DNA of 32,000 bases. Source: Halomicronema hongdechloris C2206. GTDB lineage: Bacteria; Cyanobacteriota; Cyanobacteriia; Phormidesmidales; Phormidesmidaceae. Positions 29,344-32,000 of the stretch are shown here, piece by piece. Each line of letters begins with the position of its first letter. The first letter of the stretch is position 1. A program made the position numbers and the translations under genes. Under the pieces are notes generated by a model. The model did not search any database. It was given only the letters and a program-made list of their open reading frames with translations, and was not told the DNA's origin. Where the stretch lies: NCBI RefSeq assembly GCF_002075285.3, contig NZ_CP021983.2, positions 4,290,001 to 4,322,000 on the forward strand, read 5' to 3'.

Positions 29344-29599
29344 CGATGGACCGGGGGCCTACTTACTTAAGTGGTCCCCAGCAAAAGCATGGCTAGCATT
29401 TTCCCACAAACGCTAGCTTAGGAAGTTGCGCCTAAAAAACATCCCATCTCCCCACCCTATGCCTTCCAGGCAGGCTTCGCCTACGACTTCGCTCAGGGCA
29501 AGTCTCCCCATCTCCCCTCAATAGGTACTTTATCTTCACGCGAATCCCCTATCTATCCCCGCCATCGGGTAGCCTAGTAAGGCGTCTGTTAGATGAGCC

Positions 29600-30331
29600 A
29601 TGACCACCCGCAGCCAGCGCGAACGAGAGCACTTTGATCAACTGGCCGAGGAGCTGGGCTCGGTCTGGTGGGGCTCGGTAACCACCGCCGGCCAGCTCCG
29701 TATTGATCAGCGGGGGGCCCTGGCAGCTCGCCATGGTCACTTGGCGCCAGGGAAGCGAGCCCTGGAACCGGGGGCGGGCAATGGCGAGTTTACCCTGCGG
29801 TTAGCCCAGTCCGGGGCAGATATCACGGGCATCGAGATCGCCCCCAAGCAAGTTGCGATCGCAAGCCGACGGTTAGCCTCATATACCAATGCCACCGTCA
29901 TCGAGGGCGATGTCGGCCATCTACCCTTTCCGGAGGCCAGCTTCGACGCCGTGGTTGGCAATGCGGTGCTGCACCACTTCGACCCGAGCCAAACCCTGCC
30001 AGAGTTCTATCGAGTATTAAAGCCCGGCGGATACTGCTTCTTCACCGAGCCCAACATGCTCAATCCCCAGATTGCCGTGGAAAAGAACATCAAATGGATC
30101 GGTCGCCGCCTACAGAATTCTCCCGATGAGACCGCCTTCTTTCGTTGGCAGATCGCCCGGTTGCTGAAGCGCAATGGATTTCGAGAGATCTGGGTGCGTC
30201 CCTTCGACTTTCTCCATCCCGGCATTCCTGACAGTTGGATTCCAGCAGTGCAACGCCTGAGCAACCTACTCAGTCAGCTACCCCTGATTCGCGAGATTGG
30301 CGGCTCTCTACAAATCTGTGGTCGCCGTTAA
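29600..30331 (+). CDS. Class I SAM-dependent methyltransferase (Methyltransf_11-like)
   Basis: 243 aa. Motif I is ALEPGAGNGEFTLRLAQSGADITGIE, followed by FDAVVGNAVLHHF and LKPGGYCFFTEP. The start is ATG. Confidence 0.85.
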   Translation: MTTRSQREREHFDQLAEELGSVWWGSVTTAGQLRIDQRGALAARHGHLAPGKRALEPGAGNGEFTLRLAQSGADITGIEIAPKQVAIASRRLASYTNATVIEGDVGHLPFPEASFDAVVGNAVLHHFDPSQTLPEFYRVLKPGGYCFFTEPNMLNPQIAVEKNIKWIGRRLQNSPDETAFFRWQIARLLKRNGFREIWVRPFDFLHPGIPDSWIPAVQRLSNLLSQLPLIREIGGSLQICGRR

Positions 30332-31956
30332 GGGACCGGACTCACCAAGGCCCAACCCCGAACTGTTCCCAGTCGCCGCAACGTGTCGGGTATGGTGGGT
30401 ACCGCCGCCTCACTCACCCAGGCAGAATGCCCCGCCGGAATCGCCGCCACCGAGGTCAGGCGCTCGCCCCAATGGGAGGTATAGAATGATGCCAGCACCC
30501 AAGTCTTGTGGTTAATGCCGGCCTGGGGAGCTAAGACGACATCGACGGTATGGTTGGCCAGGACCTCAGCCACCGCGGGTTGCTGGCAGAAAGCTTTCAT
30601 GTCGGCGGAGTAGTTGCCCAAGAGTCCGCCGATCCCGGCCAAGCCAATGGCCAACCATGGTCCCAGAAACAGACTTAACAGCCAGGCCCGCACCGGCCGG
30701 ATGCGAGACTGGCGAGACTGGTGATGCCAAGCCAACAACAGAGTAACCCAGCTCAGGCCCACTACCAGGGCTAAGCCACCATACCAGGTCAACTCTGGGC
30801 CCAGTTCCGCCGCTAAAAAGTTCAAAGGCCCCCACTGTCGCAGCAGAATGCCCAAGCCGATGACACTGACTACACTGCCGCTGAGGCCATAGCCATAGCT
30901 GGTTAGGGCCAGGGGTAGGCGCGATGCCCCCGGCCGGGTCCAACCCCGCATCAACTCAGCCAGGATGTACCCCCCATAGAGGGCGAAGAAAGGATAGAGC
31001 TGTAGGGTGTAATAGAGGGTCTTAGTGGGAAATAGCTGTAGTTGTAATAGTAGTAGTGCCGGATAGCCCAGCAGCAACCATTTATGCCCGATCAAGGGCT
31101 GCCGGCATAGCTTGATGATTCCCCACAGCACCAAGGGAGTCCACGGCAAGAGATTGGCTGGAATATTCCAGCCATAGTACCAAGGGCCGACCCCATGGTA
31201 GTCACCAGCGGCGGCTATCCCTAGGGTGCCAAAGATCTGTTGGAAAGGAACTACTCCGTGGGTCGTCCACAGCTGCCCAAACCAAAGCAGGACCAGACCT
31301 ATCCCCAGGCCCAACCCCAAGTAGAGCCCCGGGTTGTGCCAGTGGCGATGCTGGCGGTGGTTCAAGATCAGGTAGGGCAGCAGTGCGATCGCAGCTAACG
31401 CCACCATGAACCCCTTCACCAAAAAGCCCAAGCCCAGCCCCAAGCCCGCCAATAATCCCCAAACCCAGCGTTGAGGCCCCTTCCGTTCTGCTTGCAGCAG
31501 CGCCCAAATCATGATCAATTCAATCGCAACCAGGGGCATATCCTGGGTAGCCATATGCCCATATTGATTCCAGAGAATGAATGTACTCAGGCATAGCGCC
31601 GACAACCAGGCTGCTTGACGATGTAGCAGGCGGTAGCCAATGGCATAGGTGAGACAGACGCTAAGCAAACACGCCACCATACTGGGGATACGGGCCGTTA
31701 CTTCACTGATGCCAAACAGGCTATAGGCAGTGGCAATGAGCCAATGGATCCCCGAGGTCTTGTCATACATCAACTGCCCCCACCAGCGAGGCGTGAGCCA
31801 GTCCCCTAATCGCACCAGTCCCATGGCCAAAGTGGCATACCAGCCCTCGTCATGGGCCATCAGGCTAGCATGCCAGTTACTGGCCAGCAGCAACACCCCC
31901 TGCCAGCCCAGCAATCCAACGAAAATCCATCCCCTAGGAGACTGCGTCAGTTTCAT
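30328..31956 (-). CDS. GT-C fold glycosyltransferase, family 39/83 type (ArnT / dolichyl-phosphate-mannose protein mannosyltransferase-like), polytopic membrane protein
   Basis: About 542 aa from ATG 31956. More than 10 hydrophobic helices are apparent. The acidic first-loop motif HDEGWYA is followed by WWGQLMYDKTSGIHWLIATAYSLFGISEVTARIPS, typical of PMT_2/ArnT-like enzymes. Confidence 0.85.
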   Translation of the reverse strand: MKLTQSPRGWIFVGLLGWQGVLLLASNWHASLMAHDEGWYATLAMGLVRLGDWLTPRWWGQLMYDKTSGIHWLIATAYSLFGISEVTARIPSMVACLLSVCLTYAIGYRLLHRQAAWLSALCLSTFILWNQYGHMATQDMPLVAIELIMIWALLQAERKGPQRWVWGLLAGLGLGLGFLVKGFMVALAAIALLPYLILNHRQHRHWHNPGLYLGLGLGIGLVLLWFGQLWTTHGVVPFQQIFGTLGIAAAGDYHGVGPWYYGWNIPANLLPWTPLVLWGIIKLCRQPLIGHKWLLLGYPALLLLQLQLFPTKTLYYTLQLYPFFALYGGYILAELMRGWTRPGASRLPLALTSYGYGLSGSVVSVIGLGILLRQWGPLNFLAAELGPELTWYGGLALVVGLSWVTLLLAWHHQSRQSRIRPVRAWLLSLFLGPWLAIGLAGIGGLLGNYSADMKAFCQQPAVAEVLANHTVDVVLAPQAGINHKTWVLASFYTSHWGERLTSVAAIPAGHSAWVSEAAVPTIPDTLRRLGTVRGWALVSPVP

Positions 31957-32000
31957 CACCAAGACTCCGAGGAACACTTACCCGTTCGGCCAAGGGAGTG

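Noticed and set aside
1-32000. Search for mobile elements, prophage, toxin-antitoxin or defence-island content
   Set aside because: No transposase, integrase, recombinase, nuclease/helicase defence genes or tRNA attachment sites are recognisable in any frame. HIP1 sites are spread across the whole window, which is consistent with native core genome.

Overview
The window is a cyanobacterial chromosomal segment. The support is 16 perfect HIP1 octamers (GCGATCGC) in 32 kb plus cyanobacteria-typical gene content. GC looks moderate by eye (not computed). Nearly everything is recognisable core or housekeeping content.

Layout, left to right:
- 1-8898: a type IV pilus motility, chemotaxis-like locus of the Hmp/Pil (Tax3) type. 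It runs PatA-type response regulator, CheY, CheW, MCP, then a CheA-like kinase truncated by the window edge. The coiled-coil gene hmpF is transcribed divergently.
- 9.7-23.7 kb: housekeeping genes. These are an S4-domain protein, grxC, yjbQ, hpf, lipB, ssb, a bifunctional mannose-1-P guanylyltransferase/phosphomannomutase-type enzyme, a methyltransferase, cobK, a GAF-PP2C phosphatase, argH, a GT2-TPR protein and a ComFB-family protein.
- 23741-24974: a 1.2-kb gene-free, repeat-laden gap.
- 24975-27593: clpB.
- 27.9-32 kb: an envelope glycosylation-type cluster with a GT2 (frameshifted), two SAM methyltransferases and a GT39/ArnT-like GT-C enzyme.

I found no rRNA, tRNA, CRISPR array, transposase, integrase or recognisable defence genes, and no convincing novel multi-gene system.

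The most unusual items:
- A near-perfect 149-bp x 3.1 tandem array with an internal hairpin, between clpB and comFB. It is read in all three frames by artefactual ORFs.
- A GT2 gene interrupted at a C6/G6 homopolymer, possibly a broken methyltransferase-GT2 fusion.
- A structured, ORF-poor 293-bp spacer at 19.6-19.9 kb.

All protein calls rest on motif recognition from the supplied translations and my own hand translations. No database search was possible.
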